From a virus (taxonomy: Duplodnaviria > Caudoviricetes): DNA of 64,000 bases. Both the position numbers and the translations under genes were made by a program. The notes beneath the pieces were generated by a model. It made no database searches, had not been told where the DNA came from, and saw only the letters and a program-made list of their open reading frames with translations. Of this stretch, positions 43,347 to 54,200 are shown piece by piece; the first letter of the stretch is position 1, and every line of letters begins with the position of its first letter. The stretch spans positions 870 through 64,869 of the IMG/VR virus record IMGVR_UViG_3300044655_000343. One strand, given 5' to 3'.

Positions 43347-45028
43347 GGGCGATTTCTTTTTAATATAGATTTACCGAACCTACCCTTTGGAATATCCTTT
43401 CCATTCAACAAGACAGCACCAGAAATTCTATCACCTAGAAGACCAAGTGCTCTTTTGTTTCCCATCCAATCTTTAATCTGGTTCTTATAATCTTCTTGTT
43501 GCTTATTAATCAGTTCTCTATCTGGATCAATAGCCAAAGCATTCACCCAATGGGACACAGCAGCACTCAGTACATCAACACGGTCATCATGCTTAAGAGC
43601 ACCCCGCTTGTTCTGTAGTCGAGTGATCTGTATCTGATTCTCTTTGTCTTGAATAACTCCAACATCAAATACAAGACGGTGTTGTGCCATGATTGGCTCA
43701 AGTGTACTTAAGATTCTATTCTCTTTAGATCCTGTAACCTTGTACTCTTCAATTCCAATCTGCCCACAACTCTGTGCAATGACAGGCTGGATAATCTTAC
43801 CGAACATACCATCACCATAGTTAGACTCATACTTAACAAGGTTAATCTTGTATTGATTAATAAGCTTACAGATCTTCATAAGGGTAACACTATCGTATCC
43901 CCCTTGGATTCCTGTCAGTTCATGTACTACAATATAACCATGAGCAAAAGAAGCCACACATAGGGCTGTCTCATCTGCGCCACGACCAGAGGGATCTATA
44001 AATAAGATTGTCTGATTATAGGGAGCAAAGGCTGGTTCAATATGCATAGGCTCATAAACAAGATCACCCTTCATACCAAATGAAGAGACTCTTTTATTGA
44101 CAACACTCTTAGCATGAACTACTTTGACTGGGAAGACTTCAGGATCGACATCCAATACAATTAAATCCTCTAGACGGAGTGGGTATCTTTTGACATCCGC
44201 ACTCGATGTTTTAAGTTTGTAGTGTAAGTCAAAGTTGGTTGGACCAATCTTCGCTTCAATTTCAGCAAGCTTTTCTGTGGGAAATCTTTCAGGCTGAGTC
44301 GATTCTCCCGACTCAATGCCCAGACCAAGAATATATTCATCAACATTTTCTATCTCTTCGGGGTTAGTTAAGTCTGGCATGACAGCCGGAAACTTAACGG
44401 TAGGATAAATCCCACCTAATTTATTATATACAGAGTCTCTTGATTGTGGTGTACCCAAGAATCGGATACTAGCCACATCAACTTTATTTACTACATTCTC
44501 CAACTCTAAGCATCTCTCCCAGAGTTTCTCTCTAGCCTGAGGGGAGTCAGAGTTTTCTACAATCTCAATATCATCACAAATAATCTGATCAGCATGTAGA
44601 CCTGTGATCTGAGATGTGATACCCTTAGCAGTTACTGACAGATCCTGTCCAAACTGAGTACGAGTATGTACATTGAAACCAAAGGCACTATCCTTATCAT
44701 TCTCCATTGGTTCAAGATCCTTCATATAAGGAACCTGAGTTAGGATGGCTCTTGTTTGAAACACAAACTTAATAGCCCGGTCAGCTCCTGCTGATAATAC
44801 AAGTATTGTAGTATTGTGATTCAACAGGAGTAACCATGAGACATAGCATGCCATGATTACAGACTTACCGTCACCACGCCCTGCCTGTAGGAGCATATTA
44901 TTAGTCCCTACTTGGAGGCGGTGTGCCATAGCATACTGCTTAGGGGTAGGTTGACCCAAGCCTAGGTACTTGAAACAGAAGTAAAGATGGTTTCTAAAAT
45001 CCTCTAGGACTTCGGGGGGAGCTTTCAT
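43343..45028 (-). CDS. terL: Terminase large subunit (T7 gp19-like)
   Basis: LQAGRGDGKS Walker A, ICDDIE Walker B, LGTPQ, IDPSGRGADE, HDDRVD. Confidence 0.96.
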   Translation of the reverse strand: MKAPPEVLEDFRNHLYFCFKYLGLGQPTPKQYAMAHRLQVGTNNMLLQAGRGDGKSVIMACYVSWLLLLNHNTTILVLSAGADRAIKFVFQTRAILTQVPYMKDLEPMENDKDSAFGFNVHTRTQFGQDLSVTAKGITSQITGLHADQIICDDIEIVENSDSPQAREKLWERCLELENVVNKVDVASIRFLGTPQSRDSVYNKLGGIYPTVKFPAVMPDLTNPEEIENVDEYILGLGIESGESTQPERFPTEKLAEIEAKIGPTNFDLHYKLKTSSADVKRYPLRLEDLIVLDVDPEVFPVKVVHAKSVVNKRVSSFGMKGDLVYEPMHIEPAFAPYNQTILFIDPSGRGADETALCVASFAHGYIVVHELTGIQGGYDSVTLMKICKLINQYKINLVKYESNYGDGMFGKIIQPVIAQSCGQIGIEEYKVTGSKENRILSTLEPIMAQHRLVFDVGVIQDKENQIQITRLQNKRGALKHDDRVDVLSAAVSHWVNALAIDPDRELINKQQEDYKNQIKDWMGNKRALGLLGDRISGAVLLNGKDIPKGRFGKSILKRNRP

Positions 45029-45151
45029 GGGCTTCCTTTCTAAGCCCCCTAGAAGGGGCTATAAACGGTTTCTCAGTCAGTGGGCTATCTAGCTAGCCTA
45101 TGTTCATTCAAATGGTTCCTAAGGGCATTCCTGCCCCTAGGAACCGTTGTG

Positions 45152-45376
45152 TTAAATCTGGGTAGACTTAAACTTGAATGGCATCTTAGCCTTCATAGCA
45201 CTCTCTAGGGTATCTAGGGAGGTAGAAGGGATGCCATCTAGAGCTTCCCGGTTGTCGTTAACCACGCCACGAATGACTTGGTATAGACCGGGGGTACTCT
45301 TTGTATCGTCCTGAAGATCGTCTAGAAGACGCTCAATAAGACGAGCATTTAATTGAGTGATAAGTTCTTTATTCAC
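45152..45376 (-). CDS. terS: Terminase small subunit (T7 gp18-like)
   Basis: 74 aa directly upstream of terL; LLDDL...TPGLYQVI..VVNDN resembles gp18. Confidence 0.75.
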   Translation of the reverse strand: MNKELITQLNARLIERLLDDLQDDTKSTPGLYQVIRGVVNDNREALDGIPSTSLDTLESAMKAKMPFKFKSTQI

Positions 45377-45486
45377 TTCTTCTTGAATAGCTCAGGTAGC
45401 TTACTTACTGGAACGACTGATCCAGCAATATAGCCAACCACGCAAAGAAGACATGCAAACCAAACTGAACCGATAAATGATGCCAT
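45373..45486 (-). CDS. 37-aa membrane peptide (lysis cassette)
   Basis: MASFIGSVWFACLLCVVGYIAGSVVPVSKLPELFKKK; AAGGA RBS; single TM helix with a basic tail. Confidence 0.65.
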   Translation of the reverse strand: MASFIGSVWFACLLCVVGYIAGSVVPVSKLPELFKKK

Positions 45487-45490
45487 AATA

Positions 45491-45961
45491 TTATCCTTGT
45501 ACTTTCTTATATGCAGCATCGAAGGCAGGATCTCCTGCTCTGAATGCTGCGATTGCTTCTCTAATGGTAGTAGGATCTGATTCGTCCTTGGCTTCAGCAA
45601 GCAACTTAGCTTGTTGAATCTTCTTCTCTGGGATAAACAACCCAAGAGAATATACTACCTTCTTAATTAATGTACCAATTCCTGTATACCACAGGAGTAC
45701 ACATACACCTAATATAGCTGCAGCAATAAAGCCGTAGCTAAGTAGGTCTGCCCACCAAGGGGTACTGTCTTTTATATTGCCTAAGATACCCGCAATGTCC
45801 TCAGATTCACCAAGTATGTTACGGGCGTATTTGTGGGCGACTACAATGTCCTCCGTATTAAGTATCTGTAAAGCACTTGCTTGTATCTTATAAGTGCTTG
45901 AGGATATCTCATTAACAGAAGAACATCCTGTAAGAAAAACTAGTAAGAATATCTTACGCAT
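45491..45961 (-). CDS. Lipoprotein with an internal TM helix (spanin-like candidate)
   Basis: Lipobox MRKIFLLVFLTGC; TM segment LLSYGFIAAAILGVCVLLWY. Confidence 0.6.
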   Translation of the reverse strand: MRKIFLLVFLTGCSSVNEISSSTYKIQASALQILNTEDIVVAHKYARNILGESEDIAGILGNIKDSTPWWADLLSYGFIAAAILGVCVLLWYTGIGTLIKKVVYSLGLFIPEKKIQQAKLLAEAKDESDPTTIREAIAAFRAGDPAFDAAYKKVQG

Positions 45962-46215
45962 TATTTCCTTTCAAGCATCTCAAGGCGATACCGTAGTTCC
46001 TTTAGCTCAGTCATTACAGCCACCATGTTGCGTCCTAATTCAATATCAGTCTTAACTAGATCTCTAGTTATGTCTTTTAATAAAATAAGTTCTGCCATGC
46101 TGTTGTCGATTTGAGCCTCCCTTTTGCCTAGGCGTATAATAACAGTAACTACCCCAATGGTGAGAATAGCCAATTGCAATACCGAAACATAGATACCAAT
46201 GTTATTCTCATGCAT
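45961..46215 (-). CDS. Holin-like membrane protein
   Basis: N-terminal TM helix followed by a coiled coil; directly after the tail fibre gene. Confidence 0.55.
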   Translation of the reverse strand: MHENNIGIYVSVLQLAILTIGVVTVIIRLGKREAQIDNSMAELILLKDITRDLVKTDIELGRNMVAVMTELKELRYRLEMLERK

Positions 46216-46225
46216 GGGAAATCCT

Positions 46226-49200
46226 TTAATAAACTATAACAGATACATTAGCAAAATCCTGCGCTGCACCACCTTGTCCATAAGTACCAGTTCTAATTAT
46301 AAAGCCAGCAGTACTTAGGTCTGTGTATTGTGCAACTGGACAAGAAGCACCACCACCATAAGAGGGTGTTGAATCATAATTAAATGAAAGAGAAACCACA
46401 TATGGAACAGTAATAGCAGGACTAAAGGTAACAGTGTATACCCCAAGTGCAGTACGAACTACACTACAACCAACACTTTTTAAAGTGGTTAAAGTTGGTG
46501 AAGCATATGACCAGTGAAGCTGACACTTAGGTTTTGCCGTTACAACTTGAGCATCAACATAAGTTTTATTCGCTAAATGATTACCAGTAGTTGGTTCCTT
46601 AGCAGAAGTAACATTATATGTACTATTAACCGTAACTGAATTGTTTAGCGTTGTTGTACCAGTAACTACAAGCGTACTACTTAAAGTTGTACCACCAGTA
46701 ACTGTTAGGGCATCACTGAAAGTAGCAGCCCCGCCGTTAACAATAGTCAACCTGTTTGTAGGTGTTGAACCTGTTTGTATATTGAATTCACCAACAGTAC
46801 AACCTAATGTCTGAGCTGCTGTGTGTACAGTACCAGCTGTTGGCATTAAACTCCCACCACTGATAGCTGAAGCTACAGCAGTATCTAAAGCTGTCTTTGT
46901 GATCAATGCAGTTCCTGCAGTAGGAACCGCAGTCGGATCGGCAATTAAGAATGCTTTACCAGTGGTTACTGGAACTCTAAGTATAACATCACCAGCAGTG
47001 TAAATACCAGCACTCGTAGTACTTATTGCTTCAACAGTAGAAGCAGTTGTACCGAGTTTAAGCTTAGTACCAGTAGTTTTAAATGTAACAGCATCACATG
47101 AAAGTGTACCTAAAGTACTAGCACCAGCTGTTAAAGTGTTTGTAGAACAATCTACATTAGCTAACAAACTAATTTTACCAGTACCATTCGGATCTAAAAT
47201 TAAATCTAGATTAGTGCCTGTTGTAAGTGTATTAGCCGCACCAGCAGCAATAATAATAGATCCAAGTGTGGCTCCAGCAAATGTTGGAGAAGCACCATTA
47301 TGGATATTCTGTGGTAAACTAATCGTTGGAGTAGTACCAGCACTTACAGTTACTTGACTAGTTGTACCACTAATACTAGTAATACCTGTATTAGCAAGAG
47401 TTATAACATCAGTACCAGCATTAGTAGTAATGCTCATACCAGTACTAGCATTAAGTGTTAGAGTTGCAGCTGAAGTATCTGCTACTACTGGGGATTGTCC
47501 TGCTGTTCCTGTTACTGCAATTGTTCCAAAGGAAAGGGGAGCTGTAGCAGTATTAGCAATGGTGATTGTTGAACCAGAACCAGTAACTGTAATATTACCA
47601 CTACCATTAAGGTTTAATACACTTGTGTTTGAAGAAGCTGTAACAGATGTTCCAGAAGATGGAGTAATGGTTTTAAAGATAGCTTGTGAACTACCCTTAT
47701 CAGTATTAGCAATAGTGATACCAGCACCTTCACCACCACTACCACTAACTGATACACCATCAGTTCCTGTAGCAGATGCAATATAATCTCCAGTAGTATT
47801 AGTACCCAGAGCAATTGCATTAGTGGCTACTGTAGTAGCAATACTGACTGCCTGAGAGCCATCAAAATTAACTGAACCCGTAATCGGACCAGTTAACTGA
47901 ATAGCATATGCATTAGCTAACTTAGTTGCCGTTGCTGCAGTTCCAGTAAGAGCAGAATCAGTAAATGCTATATCTTTAGTTGTAACACCAATACGCATTT
48001 TAAGTGTGTTACTTTCAAACCAAACATCACCTGCTGTAGGCGATGTCGGAGCAGTACCACCAACAAACCGTAAAGGAGATAGTGTAGTAGTACTACCAGC
48101 TAACTGAAGCATACCAGTTAGTGTGCCACCAGCCTTTGGCAAGGCAGCATTAGCAGTGTTTTGAGCTGCAACAGCAATACCACTAAATGTACTTACTGTT
48201 GAATTGGTTGAGCCAATTTGACTTATAGTAAAATCATATGCAGTTTTAACAGCTGTAGCTGACGCTGCAGTTGTACTACTAGTTGTTGCTGTTGAATCCG
48301 TAAGATTTACTGCGGCAACACCAGCTGTAATAGTAAGACCATTACCTTGTTTAATACCACCAATTTGGTTAGTAGTTGCTTGTTTAAGCGATATTTCTCC
48401 ACCGACTACCTCAATACCACCATCCAGTCCGGACTTAATAGACACAATACCTTGTGAGGCAGTAGTTGCTGCAGCACCTGCAACAAGACGAGATAGACCA
48501 AAGTTTCTATATGTGATATTTAAAGATGTAGTTAATGCAGCACCTGTTGTGTAGAAATGAATTTTCTTGGTTGTAGCATTGATTATCTCTAACCAGAAAT
48601 AACCATTAAACGCTGTGGAATTAGTTGGGGCAAGTATTTGCGGAACAAATTTAACTGCACTTCCTTCAACATCAACTAAAACCATTGTACTAGTTGTTGC
48701 ATATAAGGGGTTTGTACCATCTGTAAAAGTATATGAATACTTATTATAGACAACACTATTATATGTTTCTGTAGCTGGAGTACCAATCGCAGCACTTACA
48801 AGCACCCGATAAATCTGTGGTAATGTCGAACCAACTAATTGACCGTTTGTTTGGGCATTAGTTAATACCACATTCTCAAGGAAACCAAAGTTAACAGCAT
48901 CTCCTGCAGCAGCTGCGCCTATTGCTGGTGTTCCTAAGTTTGTTAGAATGTTACCACCAGCTGTAATAGTACCACCAGAAGCAACAAGAGCATTAGCAGT
49001 AAAGTATTGTAGATTGACTGCATCTTTAACAGCCACTGGGTTATTTACATTACTAATAACTCTATTACCAGCATCATAAAATGAACCAGTTCCACGCGAC
49101 AATGCTCTAGTATCAATAAGACTGTTGACAGCCGCATCAACACCACTAACATTTGCAATAGCCAGAGCAGCGGAAGTAAGGGTGTTAATACGACCCTTAG

Positions 49201-51259
49201 CATCCACAGTTATTACTGGGATAGCTGAAGCACTACCAACTGTTCCTGCTGTTGGTGCAGTAGCTGGAGCCGGAATAAGGGCTTCAGCAAATGGAGAAGT
49301 AGTAATACTAATAGCCGAAGCACCCAACGCAGGAATATCACCACTACCAATAGCTCGTTGGCTAATAGATGTTATTCTTCCTTTAGCATCTACTGTAATA
49401 TCTTTAATAGGACTAGCACTATAGGTTCCTGCTGAAACTGCAGTGTCATTTAAACAAGCATCGGGTAACTTAAATGCACCCGGAGTTGCTGGATTAATCT
49501 TACTTAAAATAATACCATCAGGAATAAAGCTTAATGGGAAAGCAGCTTGACCTGCTGTGGTTGTGTCTAATTTAGCAACTAAAATTGAACCATCAGCAAT
49601 AGCATCCTTAGGTAAAGTATAACTTTGTGATAAAGCACTACTTAACTTGCTTAGTGGAATATTAGCAGGAAGATCTGCATAACCCATACTTCTATGGCTA
49701 GCAAGAGTTACTCTACCTGTCGTATCATAAGCAATCTGCAACATGTTGTTAGTATTACCAGCTGTAGATTGACCATAAGTACTGGCTTGAGTAACGCCAG
49801 TAGTGGGTAGATCACTAACTACAATAGATCTATGAGAAGCAGAAGTTATAATACCTTTATTATCAACAGTAAATTTAGCTAGTGCATTAGTTGCATTATC
49901 AGAACCATAAGTACCTAGTGAAACGCCACTAGTTGGTAGATCAGCATTAACTATAGAAGCAGAACTAATAGAAGCAATACGACCTTTAGTATCTGGAGTA
50001 ACAGTAAGTAGTTTACCTGTGCCACCATATGCTTGAGCAACTAAACCAGATACAGTAGGCAGATCATCAACTGTCATGCTTCTATGACCTAAACTACTCA
50101 GTACACCTTTTGCATTAACCGTTGCATATACCATATTATTGGTATTGCTAGCTGATGACTGACCGAATGTACCAAGAGTTGTACTTAGTGCGTTTGGTAA
50201 ATTTTCTAGGGGTAAAAGATAAACTTGTCCCGTAGCACTTGAAAGATTAGCTAAAGGAATGTTAAGGGGAAGCCTACCCACACCTACTGTACCTGCAGTT
50301 AGATTATCAGCATTGTTTAACTGACTTAAATTAACAGCATCAGTAGCAGCAGTACCTGCAGCTAGATTTATAATCTTATAGTTTGTGGCTTCACCGGGTA
50401 GTCTGGTTGTAAAATCCCCAGTAAATGTTGAGGGTGTCGCAACTACACCTGTACGATAGATTGCACCTTGAGTAACAGCATTCTTTACTGATAAAACATT
50501 AGCAGTAAAAGTACCACCTGAGTATGGGATATTATCTTGACCAGTAAAGAATGTACTAGTATCAGTAATTTCTTTACTACCAAGGTCTTTAATAAAGTTA
50601 TTACCCATTTTTAAATCGCCGTTCCCTAAGAAGGGACCGTCAACTGCATTCTCATCATACTTTAGAATAACTTCATTACGAATCTTAGCAACAATTTCTT
50701 GTACTAAATATTTTAACTGATCAAACTGTAAGTTTAATTGTGTGGTAGTTAAGCGAGTACCGGGAGCAAAAGTAACAATACTGTTTATTGAGGGTGTTTT
50801 TCTACGAATAAAAACTTTATCATACTGTCTTACAGGTGGTCCTGAGGTAGTTGTGTTTTGGACTACTGGGATAGTGATATAATCAGTATCACCATTATCT
50901 AATGTTAAGAAATAACCACGAGATAAAGGATAGTAAACAGCTGGTACTTGATCGGTTCCAATTGGAATTGTACTTAAATTAACAAACTTTAATATTTTAG
51001 TTTGCTCATTGATTGTATACCAATTTTTTGGGAAGATAAACATCTGCCTACGATCAGCAATGGTAAAAATATTCTCACCAAATTTAGTATCCGCTCCAGT
51101 ATCAAATACTCTTTCAACTTCAATCTGATCAATCAAAGGAACATTAGGTAGGAATGCCATAGAACTTAAATTAAATTCCCCAGCTCCTACTGCAGTGCTA
51201 CCATTCTCATCAAAGATTAGTGTTGTCTCTGCTATATTTAAATTATCATATGTTGTCAT
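46226..51259 (-). CDS. Tail fibre protein (T7 gp17-like N-terminal anchor), 1677 aa
   Basis: RRKTP...VTFAPGTRLTTTQLNLQFDQLKYLVQE adaptor; DAVN neck motifs; six VD.KGR repeats; Thr/Gly/Ala-rich shaft. Confidence 0.88.
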   Translation of the reverse strand: MTTYDNLNIAETTLIFDENGSTAVGAGEFNLSSMAFLPNVPLIDQIEVERVFDTGADTKFGENIFTIADRRQMFIFPKNWYTINEQTKILKFVNLSTIPIGTDQVPAVYYPLSRGYFLTLDNGDTDYITIPVVQNTTTSGPPVRQYDKVFIRRKTPSINSIVTFAPGTRLTTTQLNLQFDQLKYLVQEIVAKIRNEVILKYDENAVDGPFLGNGDLKMGNNFIKDLGSKEITDTSTFFTGQDNIPYSGGTFTANVLSVKNAVTQGAIYRTGVVATPSTFTGDFTTRLPGEATNYKIINLAAGTAATDAVNLSQLNNADNLTAGTVGVGRLPLNIPLANLSSATGQVYLLPLENLPNALSTTLGTFGQSSASNTNNMVYATVNAKGVLSSLGHRSMTVDDLPTVSGLVAQAYGGTGKLLTVTPDTKGRIASISSASIVNADLPTSGVSLGTYGSDNATNALAKFTVDNKGIITSASHRSIVVSDLPTTGVTQASTYGQSTAGNTNNMLQIAYDTTGRVTLASHRSMGYADLPANIPLSKLSSALSQSYTLPKDAIADGSILVAKLDTTTAGQAAFPLSFIPDGIILSKINPATPGAFKLPDACLNDTAVSAGTYSASPIKDITVDAKGRITSISQRAIGSGDIPALGASAISITTSPFAEALIPAPATAPTAGTVGSASAIPVITVDAKGRINTLTSAALAIANVSGVDAAVNSLIDTRALSRGTGSFYDAGNRVISNVNNPVAVKDAVNLQYFTANALVASGGTITAGGNILTNLGTPAIGAAAAGDAVNFGFLENVVLTNAQTNGQLVGSTLPQIYRVLVSAAIGTPATETYNSVVYNKYSYTFTDGTNPLYATTSTMVLVDVEGSAVKFVPQILAPTNSTAFNGYFWLEIINATTKKIHFYTTGAALTTSLNITYRNFGLSRLVAGAAATTASQGIVSIKSGLDGGIEVVGGEISLKQATTNQIGGIKQGNGLTITAGVAAVNLTDSTATTSSTTAASATAVKTAYDFTISQIGSTNSTVSTFSGIAVAAQNTANAALPKAGGTLTGMLQLAGSTTTLSPLRFVGGTAPTSPTAGDVWFESNTLKMRIGVTTKDIAFTDSALTGTAATATKLANAYAIQLTGPITGSVNFDGSQAVSIATTVATNAIALGTNTTGDYIASATGTDGVSVSGSGGEGAGITIANTDKGSSQAIFKTITPSSGTSVTASSNTSVLNLNGSGNITVTGSGSTITIANTATAPLSFGTIAVTGTAGQSPVVADTSAATLTLNASTGMSITTNAGTDVITLANTGITSISGTTSQVTVSAGTTPTISLPQNIHNGASPTFAGATLGSIIIAAGAANTLTTGTNLDLILDPNGTGKISLLANVDCSTNTLTAGASTLGTLSCDAVTFKTTGTKLKLGTTASTVEAISTTSAGIYTAGDVILRVPVTTGKAFLIADPTAVPTAGTALITKTALDTAVASAISGGSLMPTAGTVHTAAQTLGCTVGEFNIQTGSTPTNRLTIVNGGAATFSDALTVTGGTTLSSTLVVTGTTTLNNSVTVNSTYNVTSAKEPTTGNHLANKTYVDAQVVTAKPKCQLHWSYASPTLTTLKSVGCSVVRTALGVYTVTFSPAITVPYVVSLSFNYDSTPSYGGGASCPVAQYTDLSTAGFIIRTGTYGQGGAAQDFANVSVIVY

Positions 51260-51270
51260 ATGTGTCTCCG

Positions 51271-54200
51271 TTAAGTGTCAATGGTTGTGTATTTTTGTTT
51301 AAACTTACCCTTGAACTCCATGTTCGTGATATTTACTGGAGTTGGGTATTCACTGGTTATTTTAATAACAGTAGAATCTGAGTATCCAAGAATCTTAGAT
51401 ACAAATTCACCCTGCTTTTGGAATATCTCTAGAGGTAAAGTATCTTCATAGATTGTATACTCCGGTCTTGTTGGAATATAACTTGTTGTAAATGCAGGTC
51501 TACCTCTATGGGTTACTTCAATATCATATGGTCCAGTGAAGTAGTGTCTAAAGATAGCACTACGAATATTCAATACACCATCAATAATATTATTATTCTC
51601 ATCGCGTACAAACAGAGTACTAAGTTCTACATTCATCTTAAACTTAAGACCAATGTATACATAATAATCTTGTATAGCATAGTTAGCACCAATGACTACA
51701 ATTTCTGTATAAAGATTGCTACCATCAGTTATATTGGTTACACTATAGGGTTGTATGGCTACATTACTGAGATCTTCATTCTGACTAAAACCATTATTAA
51801 ACCATCCCTTAAAGAGGACTACAAAGTACTTACTGATATCTGTTATATTAGTATGTCCGGGTATACGATAAGTAGTAGTGGCTGTATAGGGATCATACTT
51901 AGCATTATAATTAACAGCTTGTACATCTGAATTAATAATCTTCATCTTAAACATACGATCAAGACGAGGAACATATACATCTTCATTTAACATGTAGTTG
52001 CGATAAAGATAATAAGTATAGGTTCCACTTCCAGCTACTGTTTCTCTCTTGCTAACAACATACATGTTATTGGCAAAGCACTGTAGTGTTTCAATAGACT
52101 CAGTATCATCTAGGATATAACGATAGAATGAATTCTGTACAACCCGATCTCCACTAAACCGATTGACATACCCATAGATATGATTCCGCTGGTCATCATC
52201 TACAAACAGTAGTGTATCCTGTGCGGGGGCTGTGGCTGCAGTCCTATAGTTCTTTGGTAGATAGCCAGCTGCTGTGCTTGAAACCTCTACAGCAGAGGCG
52301 TAGCCCATTGTACCCTTACCCGTAAACAGGAAGAGCTTTTGGGAATCAAAGAAGTATAGACGCGATCCAATAAACTGTGGGTCTAGGATAGGCGCAGTAC
52401 CATAGTAGGTAACCGGGGCTACCGCTACATTGCTTGGCGACAGTTCCATACCTGCGGCAGACATCAATTGGAATTGGATGTTAGCCTTGGTATTGATAAA
52501 CATATACTCTTCAAAGGGAGTCATGCTTGTGATTTCACAGTAACTGTTTGAAGAGACACGAATGTCAATAGGATCTGTAGTGATAATATTCTCTGCATCC
52601 TTAAGGAAGAGGGATTCATATTCACCCATCTCAGATGAGAAGATAACATCATCAGCGGAGAACCATAGTCTATCTTTAAAGACTGCGATGGAGTTAATCT
52701 TTACATGCTTTAGACTCTTGCGGTCTACGGTCTTAAAGATACTTGGTCCCGGATTGGTTGTCTTGTCACCTGTGGTTCTAGCAGACCACTTGATTGGTTC
52801 AATGTTCCATGCGGTTACATTGGATGCATCAATGGATACCACAAGCTTCTGTGGCATTCTTCGTGGATCAATGTAAGAATGTTCATCAGGTGTTCTAATC
52901 TTCTGGAGATAAGGTCTACCTGTTGTAGTGATTGCTGTTGTGTGTGTTATGGTATTAGGACCCACCACAGTAACACCCGAATAAGTATAGATACCTTTAG
53001 TAGTATCAGCTGGATCATAATAATAAGTCTGCTCAGCTGGGTTCCAACTAATGACTCTATAGTATCCACTTGTTGTGTTTAGATATGGATTGAGTGTGAA
53101 GAAGATCTTACCACGACCATCAATAATTCCATTGAGAAGTGTATCGCTATCATAAAGAGAGCGAAGCATGGCTCTTGCAGTAGTATCTGTAGTACTACTT
53201 AGTTTGGAATTGTTAGAGAACCAATCATCCTTTTCAGGGGGTAGTCTAATGGTAGATAAATCATCAACACGACTTCCTAAGTAAGCTTGAGCTGTATTGT
53301 AGTAATAGTAATCATCAGCAGAGATATAATCTGCATTGGTTATATAGATATGATATGTTGTACCATTTGCTACAACACTCTGAAGTGCTGGACTAATGGT
53401 TGCTGTGTGAGTTGAACCAACATATCCTGTTATAGTATAAACTTGAGCGAATCCATTAAATACAATAGACTGTCCTTTATAAGCATCGTCTGTAAAAGAT
53501 GCTGAAGATGCTAGTCTTACTGTGGATACACCAATAGCACCACCAGTAACTAGAGCACCTGTAACATCCAGTGTGCTAATATTAATTGAGTATCTAGAAG
53601 TAGCACTAGGATGAGTAGTCCAATTTGTAGTTACATAAGCTTCTTTAGTAGTACCACCTACATAGTTTGATATTAAGCGTACTTCAGAAAGTCCAGTAGC
53701 ATGGGTTACTGTGATGGTCATCCAATTATAAGCATCGTCTACATTAGAAGCAGAAGAATCAAGTTTTATATGGCTAGCTGAACCACCTCCTGCAATTCCA
53801 GTTAGTAGCGCAGGTCGCCATCCAAGTAAGACATCATCTTCTGTACTTGGTATGGTATCTGCACCTGTGTCAAATACCTTGGCAACTCTAGCTGCCGTAT
53901 AGTATTTAATCTTACGACCATTGATATCATCGGTTGCAGTTACTACACCATTGAGATCAAACAACTTACCATCAGTAGTGGGGTTTCCAGTAACATCAGA
54001 ACTGAATCCCGCTCGTACATTCTTATTAAGAACAACGACACTTGATCCCAATGATACAGCTTTAAGGGATTCCTTGGCTGTCTTACTATTGTTTGGATTG
54101 TGTGTGATGTATGCACGACTAGTGGCACTTACTACAGCCTCAGTATCCTGATTAGCTGGAGTTAGATCTTCCCATGTACCCGTAGGATAAACTCTAAAAA

